The notes below the pieces were generated by a model. That model was not told the DNA's origin. It saw only the letters and a list, made by a program, of their open reading frames with translations, and ran no database searches. Position numbers and translations under genes: made by a program. A stretch of 64,000 nt of DNA from Monocercomonoides exilis PA203. Its lineage: Eukaryota > Protista > Preaxostyla. The stretch lies in the NCBI GenBank assembly GCA_001643675.2, contig LSRY02000049.1:1-64000 (forward strand), read 5' to 3'. Positions 48,901 through 62,809 of this stretch are shown one piece after another. Within the stretch, counting starts at the first letter, position 1. The number at the start of each line of letters is the position of its first letter.

Positions 48901-51900
48901 CCCCTCTGCTCCCCACAAATATCGTCGACGCCTCATACACCCGGATGAACTTCATCAGATCCACCACCTCTGTGTGCTCCTGCCGGTCCACCCCGCTGAA
49001 CAGGTGCTCCTGCACCATCCCGCTCAGCTTCAGCCGGAACTGCGTCTCGTTGATCTGCTCCTCGATCCAAAAGCACTCCACAAACACATTCCTCCCATGC
49101 AGCGCAACATTCCCGTCAAACTCCCCCTCTTTCACCACCAGCTTCAGCTCTGTCTTCAGCACCGTCCTCACATACACCCCGCCTCCTCTTCCTGCTGCCC
49201 CGTTGCTGCTGCACTGCACCATCCAGCAGTTCTCCACCTCCATCCGCCCCTCTCCCCGAAGCTCTCCAAACACCTCTCCCCCTTCCAGCGACCCCAGCGA
49301 CTGGCACGTGTGCATCCTCACCCCCACCATCCGCACACTCACACTCCCCCTCAGCCCCTCTCCCCGCTCGTCAACCACACACCCTCTCCCAACCTCCCTT
49401 TTCACATCCACAATCTCCGACTTGTTCACCTCCACAACCGTCCCCTTCTTCCCATTCTCGGCACCCAGCCCTTCTCCCACCTCCACAACACTTCCATCAT
49501 ACAGCCGCGCCATTCCAACACTCAGCCCTTCCGCTCTCATCTCGCTCCCTTCCCGCATCCTCACCACACAACCCCTCACACACACCCCTTTCATTTCCAC
49601 ACTCTCCATTCTCAGCTCCCCTCCCGCTATCTCCACAAGCGCAAACTCGTTCCTCTCCCCATCCTCTCCCCTCCCTTCAAACACACTCTCCCTCACAACC
49701 ACTCTTCCCCTTTCACTCACAATCAGCGCTCCTTCTGCATTCTCAAACCCCTCTCCTGCACCCACCTCCATCATCCACATCTCAAACACCCCCTTGTTCC
49801 GCATCACCCCATTTCCCATCTCTCCCACACCTTCTCCACAACCTTCTCCACTCTTCTCAAACCGGATCCTTGACAGGTGCTTCTCATCTTCTTCGCTGCC
49901 CATCCCTCCAATCTTCACATCGCTCACATCCAGATCGTCCCACACATCTGCTTCATCCACGATCACCAGCGCCTTCTCCCTGCTCCCCAAATCCAGGTGC
50001 CTCATCCCCTCCCACGCTGTCTCGCACGGCATCTCGTCCTTCCCGCACCCCAAAATGTTATGCCCCCTCGCCGACACAGCCACCACCTCCAGCACTGCTT
50101 TCACCAGAAATACCCTCACATCTATCACCCCGAACCTCTCCTCCCATCCAACACAGCTGTTCTCATCCATCCCGCTCAGCCCCACCACACACCCCATCGT
50201 CTCCTCTCTCACTGTCTTGTTCAGATCATCTGACGCAATAAACAGCTGCTTTCCTATCTCCGCCTTGTTCGTGCCTTCCACCCTGATCTCCCTCAATCCA
50301 AACGGCTCTGCCATCCTCGAAGTCCTGCTGTCAACAAAAAACACTCCGCCTTTGCTTCCTGCCCCAACGCTCTCGCACCCGCCAAACTCGCCTCCATCAA
50401 CCACAAACGCACCTTCCTCTCCACACACAGCCCTCACTCCTCCTCCGCCTCCTCCACCTGATAGCACCCCATCCAGCACACAATTCTCCAGACTCACTCT
50501 TGCTTCCACAAACAGCAGCGGACTCTTCTCAAACTCCATCCACCGTATCCTGCAGTCTTCCATCGCTGCACTCTCTCCCTCCACACGGACCAGCTCGTAT
50601 CCCAGCCTTCCTTCACCCGCCTCACCATTTCCTCCTTCTTCAACCAGGCTGAACGAGCACCCGCTCAGCACCAGCAACCCTTCTCGTGTTCGGCTTGATA
50701 TCACACAGCCCACCTCTCCATCAAAACTGCTTGGCAGCACAAACACCTGCGAGACAATCGCCAGAGACGCTGTCGAGCTCAGCACCCCTCCCCCACTTCC
50801 GCTCGGCAGCTTGCTCCCCACCCGCAACTCCGACGTTTCCCCATCATCCCTTGCGCTTATCCTCAGCCCACTCACATCGTGGCAATCTGCAATGCTTGTC
50901 CACCCCTTCACAAACACTTTCTTTTCTCCTGCCCCATCCCTCAAATTCTTCAGCCCCCGCCAAAACGAGCGACACTCCACTTCCTGCTTCCCACACCCTG
51001 CTACGTCCATCCCCTCGCTCGACACATACACACTCTCCCCCTTGTACTCCACCAGAAACAGCATCAGATCCACATCCACCCCCTCAAACATGCTTTCGTC
51101 CGTCCCCTCCATTGCACACCTCCACACTCCTTCTCCACTCCTCAGCTCAAACAGAAACCGCGATGCCTGGATCGAGCTGTTCAGGCTGCTGCACATCACA
51201 TAGACATCCTTGCCTGCCTGCGCCCTGTTCCCCCCAAACTCAACACCACTCCCAAACTCAAAGTTCGTTTCCCCTTCCTCCACAATCCCAACAAACACAC
51301 CCCCTCCCCTCCCTTCCTCCCCTTCTGCACAGTTCCTCTGCACCCCTGCCCCATCCATCGTGCATCTGCCTCCTCCGCTCAATTCCCACTTCATCGCCCC
51401 TCCTTCCCCACTCTGTGCACCGCACTCCTCAAACACACTCCCATTCCCAATCCTCCCACTCGACCCACCACACAACCTCACTGCGCTCCCACCTCCTGCC
51501 TCACACCCCAAAAACACACACCCGCTGATCTTCACATCTCCCCCCTCGCCTCCAACAACCAGCCCCTTCCCATCTGTCCTGCACACAGTCACGTTGCTGC
51601 ATCCAATCTCTGCCATCCCTCCATCCACCCTCGCCACTCCACATCCTTCTTCAAACTCCATGTTCCTCACACTCACATTGTCTATCATGCACCTCCCACC
51701 GCTCATCCCGATGATCCACATCCCCGATCCCCTTCCCACACTCTCCTCTCCAAATGCACAGTCGTCCACAGCCACCCTCCCCTTCTCCACCAACACAAGC
51801 TCTGCCTCCACACATCCTCCGCTCCCCAGCTCAACCACAAGCTGGCTCAGCACCAATGTGTTCGACTCCACCTCCGACTTCTGCACCAGATGCCCGCCTT

Positions 51901-54900
51901 CCCCAACCCTCATCACCGACTTCTCTTTCCCTCCCCGGATCGTCAGCGGATCCCTTGTCCGCATCAGCTCTCCGTTCAGCGCGGCATCCTTTGCAATGTG
52001 CAGGATGTGCTGCGCTCCTTTCATCACAGCATACCCGCTCACCAGGTCTGCGCAGAAGTCGTAGTCATCGTACGCCCCGCACCCTTCCCCTTCTCTCCCG
52101 CTCGAGTCCACATACACAATCATCTCATTCCCCGGAAACAGATACTTCCTCGTCGTCTCTCCCTCTCCTGTGCTGCCTCTCTCATACACCCACAAATCGT
52201 TCTCCTCTATCGTCTCCTCTGTCGTTGTCCCTTTCCACAGCTCGTACTGGATCATCGCCCGCGCTCCCTCGCACACCACATACGCGTTCCTTCCCCGCCA
52301 CGCCACATTCTCCTCAAACTCCACACTCTTCACTGAGTAGATCAGCTCCCTCGACAAGAACTCCACATACAGCCCACCCCCAACCCCGTTCCACACCATC
52401 GTCTCGCTCTTTCTCACAACACTCTCGTCAAACCTCAGCATGCCCCCTTCCCCAACTCCACAGCACACACTTCCCCCGCAGAACCCGTCTCTTGTCCCAT
52501 CCTCCTCCATCGTGCAGTTCCACACCTCCGCCTCTTCACCCCCACACACCCATCCAACAAGCACACTCCCGTTCCGGATCTCCCGCCAGCACCTCCGGAA
52601 CTCGCTGCTCCGAATCCTCAGCTCCTTCACCCCTTCTGCATGCACAACACTCCCATTCACCTGCTCTACGCCCCAAACCATCCACCCCTCGCACACAACA
52701 CACGAGCAGCTCCTCAGCTCAACCAGCCCTCCACCTGACTTGCTGCTCACTCGGTCCAGCTCCACATCATCCATCCTCCCGCTCACACCCCCTCCCCCAC
52801 TCCCGTCCATCACCACCATGCTGCACTCCCCAAACTCCATCCCCTCCACCTCCAGCCCTGCCACCTCCACAACCCCAGACTCCGCGCTTATCACGCTGAA
52901 CGACACTCCTTTCCCCGTCTCTCGCGCCTTCACGCTGCAGTCCCTCAATCCCACCTTTCCTCCCTCGCACTCAAACAGACTCCGCAGCTGCCCAGACAGC
53001 TCGTCTGGCACCGCAAACTCTGCCTTCTCAAACCTGCACTCCACATGGCATCCAAAATACCCCCGCTGCGCTCCGCCCCCACCGTCTTCCACAACTATCC
53101 GCCTCCTCTCCCCGCACCCACACAACTTGTACGACCCTGCCTTCGACAGCTCCACTGCCTCTCTCACAGCACTCTCCCCCAGCACACCAATCACACACTT
53201 CGATGTTGCTGTGGCTCCCCCCAGCCTCATGCTCACCATCCCATCGATCGTCTTGCACGGAATCACTGGCTGCCCACACCCGCTGAAGTCCTCCCCTCCT
53301 GCCCCATCCACATATCCCTCCATGCTGAAGTTGCCCCACAAATACACAGCAAGCGGGATCGCAAGCCTTGTTCCCGTGCTGCTCATCTCCCACCCACTCA
53401 TCCACTCCAGCTGCTCCAGCTCGTCGCTGCTCATCGTCCAGTTCAGATGCTCCTTGTCCACTATCTTGCCCAATTCCCTCCCACACACAAACACATTCTT
53501 CCCCTTCCACCCATCGCACCCGCTGAACTTCATCTCCCTCAGCACAAAACCCACTGCCCCACCAACCGCTTCCACAAACACCCCTCCCCCAACTCCTCTC
53601 TCTGCACCGCATGCCTCGCTGCTCCCAGACGGAACAGAACACCTGTTCAACGAAGCGTTGTGCACAACAAACTCATCCTCCTCTGAAACTGCAATGCTCA
53701 TCCCACCCCCTTTCAGCTCGCAACCCCCAACGCAAGAGCAACAGTTTATCGTGGTGTTTCTGATCTCTGCGCTCCCTGCCTCCCCTCCCTCGCTTCTTAT
53801 CGCCATGCTGCCTCCGTCTCCTCTTCCATTCCGCCACCCCTCAAACACACATCCTGCCACATTCACAGTGCTGTAACCCCTCACATCCACCGCTGCCTTC
53901 TTCTCCAGCTCCACCTCCACACTCAGCACACTCCCTCAACTCCATCCTCCCTCCCACCACACATATCGCACCGAACCCAGCCGATTCCCCATCCTCAAAT
54001 CCAGACCCCACCCGGCATTTGCTCAACCTCAGCGACTCCCTCGACAGAATCAGCCACTCCCTCCCCACTTGCAGTCTGCGAGCCAGCCAGAACAACGTGC
54101 CACTTGCACTGAACGGGAAAGAGCAGCTGATGAGCCCTTCTTCACTCCGCGTCCCTTCATCCTCCACATCCACTCGCGCCTCCGCCTCGCTCTGCGAGCA
54201 TATCGTCAGCCCAAACGACTCAACCTTCATCTCCGCTCCCAGCCTTGCTTCGCTGCACACTTCTATCCTGCTCGCATTCACACTGCTTCGCTCCTCAAAA
54301 CAATAGTCCACTGTCAGGCACTCAAACAACTCAAACCCGCAGAACGCATGATCTGCTCCTGACCTGCCATCCACACGGATCCTCCCAGGCTGCACAAGCA
54401 AATACACAAACAGTGGTATCACAGGCACAGCACTCCCGTTCTCCACCCCACACACCCCCAGCCCATCATCCGCCATTTCCAACGGATCCGCAAACCCGAC
54501 ACTCTCCGCACTGATCTTCCCCTCCAGCAGCACTCCGCTTCCGCAATCCACAAACACATCTCTCCCCCATCTCGCCCAGTTCGGCTTCTCCCTCGAAAAC
54601 ACAACCCCTCCACATATCCCAAACCGGCTCTCTTCATCATTCACCCTTATCATCACCCCTCCTCCCCTCCCCTTCCCGCTGCTCCCCTCGCTCGCCTTGC
54701 ACTCCTCAAACACCCCTGTGCCGTTCACCACCAACATGCTCTTCCCCCAAAGCGCTGCACACACCCCGCCCCCACTCGACTCCTGCTCCGCTGCCTTGCA
54801 CCGCCTGAATGTGCACCCTTCCACCACAATTCGCCCCTCTCTCTTTGTTCCCACTCCTCTCACTTCTCCCTCCACACACGCCCCACTCCCTTCTGTCTTC

Positions 54901-57900
54901 TCAACCCCTTCAAACACACACCCCCTCAGCTCAACATCGCACACCCCACTGCACCCAATCACCGACGACCTCTGCAGACACATCCCCCTGTCCACCACAA
55001 GCGATTCCACACGAAGCGCTGAATCAACCACACACACAAATGAATATGTCATCTTTCTCTGTTCTTCCCTCGATAGCGTGCCTGCTGCGACACCTGCTGC
55101 AAATGATGGCGATGAAGACAATGAGCCCACTGGCCTTAGGGTGCATCGAACCAACCTCAGCTCGTGGGACTCACACCTCACAAACGCATTCCTGCCTCCA
55201 ATCGACATCGGAAGAACAAACACCACATCCGAGACTGCCACCCCTGTCTGCACACACAAAAGTCCACTCTGCCCCGCTCCACTCGCTCCACTCGCTCCAT
55301 CAATCCGGATTTCATTCTGTGCTTGCCTCCCTTCCATCTCATATTCTTCCCCTGAAAACACCATCTCGTGGTCAAACACAAACGGTGCCTCCAAAACCAT
55401 CCTTCTTTTCCCGCTCGCAAACCGATGCTCCACTGCCTTCTCAATCGTGCTGCATGCATAGAAGCTGAACCCACACCGATAGTGCTCTGCCCCTTCCTCC
55501 CCGGCAACAAACGCCCTCCCGCCCCACTGCTCCACGAACACAATCAGCGGCACATATCCTGCCTCCCCGCTCCAATCTCGGTCAAACCCGCTCAACGCCT
55601 CTGCATCCTCCGCTGTGTGCTCCACCAAAAACCGCTCCCGCACAATCACACTCGACAGGTCGCTGCTGCTCACAAACACTTTCGCCCCTTTCTTTGCTGT
55701 GCACCTCTCAAACGTCGTGTTCCCCATCCACATCTCCCCGCCTCCGCTGTTCGTCTCCACAAACACAGCCCCGCCCAGCCCTCCTGCCCCGTCCCTCCCT
55801 GCGCCTGCCATGCACAACTCAAACTGTGTTCGCTCTGTCCCGTTCACCACAACCCTGCCCCCACCCTCCATCTTCACGCACACACTCCCTCCACACCCGC
55901 TTTCGCACCCACACCCACTCACCTTGCAGCTGCTCACAACTACCTCCCCTCCGCCTCCAAGAGCAAAGCAAACCACACTCCCATTTCCCTCTGACACCTC
56001 GATCCCGCTCATGTTCGACTCCTTCACCACAATCCCACACCCTGATCCCGGCGCTGATCCTTGGATCGCCCCCCTCCCTCCAAACCTCATCCCTTCCATC
56101 TTCACATCTTCCAGCATCGCCATTCCCCTGCTCATCGTCATGAACGGTGCCTGCAGTGCCTCTTCACCTGCCGCACCCTCCACATTGCACCCCACCAGAT
56201 CCACAATCCCATTGTCAGTCATCGCCAGAAACACTCCACCCCCTCCGCTCTCGCTGTTCTTGTGCACAAGCGTCACACTCCTCCCCACAAAGTGCCCGGT
56301 GGTGATCCCAAACACACATCCCCCGCTCCCGTCTGACTCGATCTGGCACCCTTCGCGCTGTTCCCCTTCAACAACCACGCTTCTGCTCGACACCTCCGTT
56401 TCCTCCTCCACACACTTCCCTGCCTTCACACCAATCTTGTTGCTCGACCTTGCTTCAATCCTTCCAAAGGCAAAGTGGATCGTTTGGCACAGCGGCGCAT
56501 ATCCACAGTCGCCTCTGTCCATCCCCGATCTGCTGTCGACACTTGTCTCGTATGCACTCGGAATGTCAGGCAGCCAATTCGTGTATGTCTGATTTTCCGA
56601 GCAATCATAGCCACCGCTCGTGCATTTTGAAACCCTCACGCCTTCTGTCAGCGAATAGCAGCCAGTCAAATTGCGATCTGTAAGATTTTCATAACAATTG
56701 TTGTTTGAAATATGAATATCGTTCCCTCCCAATTGCGTTGCTGTGTTGTTCCGAAAAAAACAAAAGCTCAACTGATATTTTGCTGACTTTGGTCCTGAAG
56801 TTGCTCCAAACAAGATGCATCCTGCAAATGTCTTTGCATGGTTTGAATGAAACAAAGTGTTGCTGATTGTCAATTCATCAAGCACATAATACAAATGAAG
56901 AGCACCTGCGTAATGATCAACAGTTTTTCCGTTTTCCAGAATATTCGAATCCATAACATGAACTCCTGATGCGAGATTAGCATACATAAACAGCGCTTTT
57001 CCTGAGGCAACACAGTTTCCAATCACAGTTCCTTTCACAACCGATGATGAGCATCCCCTCAGAAAAATCCCCCCTGTTTCACCTTTTGCACTGCATCCAT
57101 CAACCACACATCTTTCACATAGGAAAAACCCAGACGAATGTTCAAAATAAATGGCTCCTCCCTGGTATGCGGAGCAATTCACGAACGAGCATCGAACAAC
57201 ACTCAGCGATGCTTTTTCCTTGCAGCAAAATGCACCCCCGCTCTCATTTGTAACCACACTGAAAACACAATCCGACGCTTCGTGTGTTCCATCCACAAAC
57301 TCTTGCCGCCCAGTTGTTGCGCGGCAGTCTGCAAAAGTCGAGTTCACATGCATCGACCAGACGTCAGGCGGCACAACAACCACTCCCGAGTATGGGTTCG
57401 CGCAATTCCTCATCTCTGACGACACTATCTCTGCTTCCCATGCCCTCTTTCGCGTGCTCCTCTGCAGCTGTGACGACTGACCATCCGCATGTGTGATGTT
57501 CGCAAACATGGCTGACGAGATGTGCTGCGATGCACACGGAAGCAGCGGAGGCACAGCCACCGCAAACGAGGCAAACACACACGACAGCACGCTCAGCTGC
57601 TCTGAAAATGGGGCACCATGCACACCTGCTGCAACAGACACAAGGGAAGGCACTGTCTGGGCTGCGCTGCACATCCTAAGAGACACATTCCGCAGAAACA
57701 CACAGCCCCCACACATCGAAATCGGGCTGCCCTGCTTCTCCTCTGTGACTATTCTGCGGCACACCACACATGCTGCACTCTGCCTATCAACAGCAACAGC
57801 AGGAAAGCGGAGGAGCTGCCTCAACTCAGCAGCCACAAGGGCAACAGACGAATTGACAGCAAGCACAGTCCCTTCCACAGACGAACCCCCATTCAAATGG

Positions 57901-58115
57901 CTGCTCCTCAAAATGTCATCAGTGCAAATGCAGCAAGTATTATCTCCTCTCTCAACTTTGCTTTTCCATTTCGGACTTTGCCGAAGGGCACTAATGTTGC
58001 AAGAAGCGCTTGCCATTGCAAGAGCTGTTGCTTCGATGTCGGACCTTTCTGCCTCATAAGCAACACAAGCAGCACAAAACACAGACAAGGCAAACATTTT
58101 GATTGTCAGCCCCAT
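45911..58115 (-). CDS. Giant receptor-like beta-helix/TM/pseudokinase protein, right-arm copy; one 2-nt frameshift in a GT run at ~53927-53932
   Basis: ORFs 53841-58211 and 45911-53929 join if one GT unit is restored (left copy gagtgtgtgctg vs right gagtgtgctg). Same domain motifs as the left copy. Confidence 0.8.
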
Positions 58116-59449
58116 CAGTTCCAATCTGCATTTGTTCGCCCCTTCCCGTCTGCGTTCTCTCTCAACTCTCATTCTGTGATCGATGTCACATAATATTGTT
58201 TTCTCTTTCAAACAGATTCAGATCACTGCTCAGCCACAACTCCATTTTTCTTTTTTTCTTTTTTGTTTCATTCACATTGTTGATGATAGCAACAACAAAG
58301 TTGCGTGTTCTGTTTCCCCCTCTGAATATGTGTGCCATTCCGATTACAATGCAAATTCTCATGGGAAGCTGTCAATGAATTGCAGGCCAGCCATGTGCTT
58401 CTTCTGAGTTGCTGGATCGTTTCTTGCTTGTCAGCAAGCAAAATGTCTTTTCGATCAGTCCAAGGAAAAATACAAAAGAGGCCTCTCCGAGTCATCGAAG
58501 ATGTCTCAAACTCTTTCGCCTTCGCCCAATCTGCTGCATAAATCAACAAGAAATCAGCAAACTGGCATTTGACGTCAAGTGTTTCTCTGAAAATGGAGAA
58601 GGAGATTGAGGTGAGGGCAAGCCAACGGAAAAGACCTCAAAAATCTGATTTGCTTTTGGAAAATACCAAGAAATCTGCAAAATTATTTTTTTTCGTTTTG
58701 GAAGGAAACTCTAAAAAGCAAGCAGAAAAAACAGGAAGAAACCGCTCCGCGTTCATTGGATTTAATGTGATACTTTTTTTTTTGATTCACAAAAGAGTGA
58801 TCAAAAAGAAAACAACGCTTTTTGCCATTGCAACGCGCTTGCTCCTTGCCCCGTCGTTCTGCTCCTCTCATTCCCAGCAGCCTTTATCTTTGGGGGGTGC
58901 AGATGCTCACACGTTTTGCTTCCTTCTTCTCCTTCCAATGCACTCACTTTTATTTCACTCCCCCAGAAGCTCCAATTTCTTGTTTTCTGCAAGCCTCCTG
59001 CCTCCGTCAGGAAAGCACGTTGCATCCATTTCAAAATCTTTGTTCGTGTTTTCTTCAACAAAATAGAACACCACTCCGAAGCTGTCCAAAAATAATCTGT
59101 TTCGGTTCTCCAATTTATAAACTTTTAACTATCGATAACAATGCTAATGATAAAAATGATAAAAATGTTAAAAATGTTAAAAATGTTTAAAATGACAATT
59201 GCAAAGACGATTCAAAAATAAACCAAGAACAAAAACAAAAACAAAAAATCTCAATGGCAAACTGCGAGTACCATTCTCTTTGGCTCCAAACTAACAAGAC
59301 CCGAAACTGTGGATCGGTCAAACAGCCAAAAAGATCAGAAGAAAAGTCAAAATCAAAAATTTGTGAAACAATCAGAATACAAAAAAATAACAAGTGAAGG
59401 GGGAAAAAAAAGACACACAGTCGCAATCCAAAGAGGTTTCACTCAAATT

Positions 59450-62400
59450 CTACAACTCTTTTTGCTTTTCTTCACCACTCTCTTCTTCTCTGCCTTTCCG
59501 CTTCTCGCACCTCCACATCACTCGCATTTCCTTCACTTTGCTCATCGGCGTCTGCTCCTTCACCCGCACACTCAGCCTGCCCTTCTCCTCCTCAAACACA
59601 AAGCTGCTCCTCACTTCCCTCTCCCCGCTGCTGACCCCCGCCTTTTCCTCTTTCTTCAGCAGCCTCTTCATCGCAGCCGACACGCTTTCTGCCAGCCCCG
59701 GCTCTTCCCCTTCTGCCAGCTTCACCCACACCTTCACCTCCTTCACCTCTCCCTCCACCCCCACCACAACCACCTCCTCCACCGTCTGCCTCGTCTCGAA
59801 TGACCTGTCCACAACAACCATCTCCATCACGCTCCACCCTTCCCTCTCTCCCTTTTCTCCCTCTTCCTTCTTCACACAAAACTTCGCCCTCAGCCGCTCT
59901 GTCCGCTCTGTCAGCCCGTCGTCCGTCACAAACTCTCCCGCCGCCTCTCCTTTCTCGTCAAGCCCCGCAATCACCGTCAGCGGCGCTCCTCGCATCAGCT
60001 CCAGCGTCTCCTTCACCGTCTGCTGCACCGTCACAATCCGCCCTCCCCGCAGATACACCGGCATCCACTCCACCCTCCCCTCCAGCGTCCTCGTCTCCCC
60101 GCTGTACGCCACCTCCTTCTGCTCCCACCAATCGTACCACCGCGTCGACGGCGGGAAATACGCATCCCTCCGCTCAAACACGTCGGTGCTGTTCGCCCCG
60201 CCAGGCGCAGGCGTCACAATAGGAATCACAAGCAGCGCATCCCCCAGCATCGCCTCTGTATCAACACCCACGCTCTTCTCGTCAGACGGAAACTCCATCG
60301 CAAGCGAACGGATCATCGGCGTGCCTGAAACAGCGCGTCGAGCAGAGCCAACCAATCAGAAAATTGAGCACCCACAGAAAAAAAGAAATGAATCATGAGA
60401 AAGAAGGGGAGGGGAAAAAAGGAAGGGAAAAAAAAAGAAAAAACAAATGATTGAAAACTTGAACAATAACAATCAGTTCATTTCCCTTTAACTTCATTTC
60501 TCACGCTTTTTTTATTTTATTTTATTTCTCCATCAGCTCATCTCATCTCATCTCTTCCCATCCCACCTCGTCACAACACAAAACAGAAAAGAAAAGAAAA
60601 GAAAAGAAAAGAGCAACACACCGTATTCATGTGCGTTGACCAGCAGCGTGTACCAGTAGCTCTGCAGACGCTGCCTGTGCAGCACATACGCCCTGTTGAT
60701 CGAAGTCCAAGGCTCCCCAAACTTGTACAGCTCGTGCGACTCCTGGAACACTGCCGCGTGCGAGCGGAAGAACGGATAGAGGAAGCTCCCCAGCTGCACC
60801 CACCGCGTCATCAGCTCTGCCCTCGTCACCCCCGAAAACCCGCCCACATCGCACCCGCAGAACGGCATCCCCAGAACATTCATCGTCAGCACCCCGCTGA
60901 TCGAGTCCTTCAGATCCTCCCACGTCGCGTTGTTGTCTCCCAGCCAGATCGTGTTCGTCCGCCCCGACCCTGCAAACGACGCCCGCGACAGAATAAACGG
61001 CCGCACTGCTGCTGCCTTCTCTGACACCTTCTCTTCCTCTTTCTCTGCAGCTGTATCTTCTGCTTGCCCTTCCTCAGAAGCCTTCTCAGACGCCTTCCCC
61101 TTCGGGCTGAACAGCTCCTTCACTTTCCCCACCATCTTTGTCTGCGCTGCTGCTGCCTCGCCCAGCTTCTCCTGCACCTTTTCTTTCAGCGCTGCTTCCT
61201 TCATCTCCGGCTGCACCCACACCACCTCCACCGCCTCCCGCAGCGCTTCTGCCGTCACGCGGTTCTCTTGGTGCCCGTACAGCTGCTTCGCAAACAGATA
61301 CGGCCCAAAGTGCGTCCTCGCATCCAGCTCCAGCGACTGGTGCAGCAGATCCTCGCTCGGCACCCACTCGTATTCTGCAAGGCTGCTCTTCTCCCACGCT
61401 TCTTCCCCGCCCGCCTTTTCTTCTCCACCCCCTGCCTCTTCTCTCTGCCCTTCGCTCTTCTGCAGCACCTTCCGCACAACCGGCTCCCCTTTCTCGTCCC
61501 GCACCACCTCCCACCCCTCGCTCAGCTCCGGCCCGCACTTCCCGTCGCAGAAGTTCGAGATCTCGTTCATGTCGTTCCAGATCCCGTCAACTCCCACCTC
61601 CCGCACAAACCGCCCCACCCACTTCCCCCACAGCTTCCCTATCTCCGGGTGAGAAAAGTCCGGGAAGATCGTCGACCCCGGCCACACCGCCCCTCTCGCC
61701 GGCCTCCCCTCTCTGTCCTTGATGTACATCCCGCTCTCCACCAGCTCCCTGTACGGCTCGTACCCTTCCTCCACCTTCACCCCCGGGTCCACAATCACCA
61801 CCGACCTCACCCCGTACCTCCGCCGCATCCGCCGCAGCATCGCCCCAAACTCTGCTTTCGGGAACCGCACCGGGTCTGTCGTGAACAGCCGGTAGTGGTC
61901 CATGTAGTCGATGTCCACCCACATCGCGTCCAGCGGGATCTTCTCCTCCCGGTACCGCTCCACCACCCCCTCCACCACACTCATGTTCTCGTACCCCCAG
62001 TAGCACTGGTGCAGCCCCAGCGTCCACGCCGGGATCAGGCACGGCCTCCCCACCAGCTCCGTGTACTCCTCCACCACCGCCTCCATCCGCCCCTCCTCCC
62101 CGCCCAGGAAGATGTACAGGTCGATCAGCCCGCCCATCATCCGCCACGTCAGCTCCCCGTCCGCAATCTCCACCTGCAGCGGGCTCGCCGTCAGCATCAG
62201 CACCCCATGCATCCTGCCCCCGGCCCGCCGCTCCACGTGCAGCGGATGCGTCCCGTAGTGGTTCGTCCCGTCCCCAGGCGTGCCCCGGTCCTGGTTCGTC
62301 AGCGTGTAGTTGAACGGGTACGGCAGCGCAAACCGCGTCCTCCGCTGCCCCAGCCCGTATATCACCGGCTTCGCCCCGACCGCCGTGCTCAGCTGCACAA

Positions 62401-62809
62401 ACCCCTTCCCGTACGCAAGCCCGTGCCTCACCGACCCCGGCCGCGTGTCGAAGATCGTCTCCCCGCTGCTCCGCCGCGCCACCACAATCCCGCAGTCCTC
62501 TGTCACAGACACACGGAACCCCGACTCGGCAAACGCCACCCCGCTCCCCGACCCCGCCGCCGCCTCCTCCACCACATCCACCACCTCGTACGCCGGCTCT
62601 GCGTTGTCCACAATCTTGATGTGCAGCCGGTCCCGCGTCTCCGCCACCACCTCAAAGTGCAATGACTCTGCGTCGGGCGGGAACGGCCCTTCCCCCGCCC
62701 GCTTCACAAACTCCCCCACAATCACGCTATCCGTCTCCACCTTCCGGCACTCGTATTCTGCGTACCCGCACGCACTCGCTTTCACCAAAACAAGCAAAAA
62801 CAATATCAT
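59450..62809 (-). CDS. GH31 alpha-glucosidase, right-arm copy (intron 60325-60621)
   Basis: Near-identical mirror of 5459-8816 with only a few amino acid differences (e.g. DNTEP/DNAEP, KVPEK/KASEK). Confidence 0.93.
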
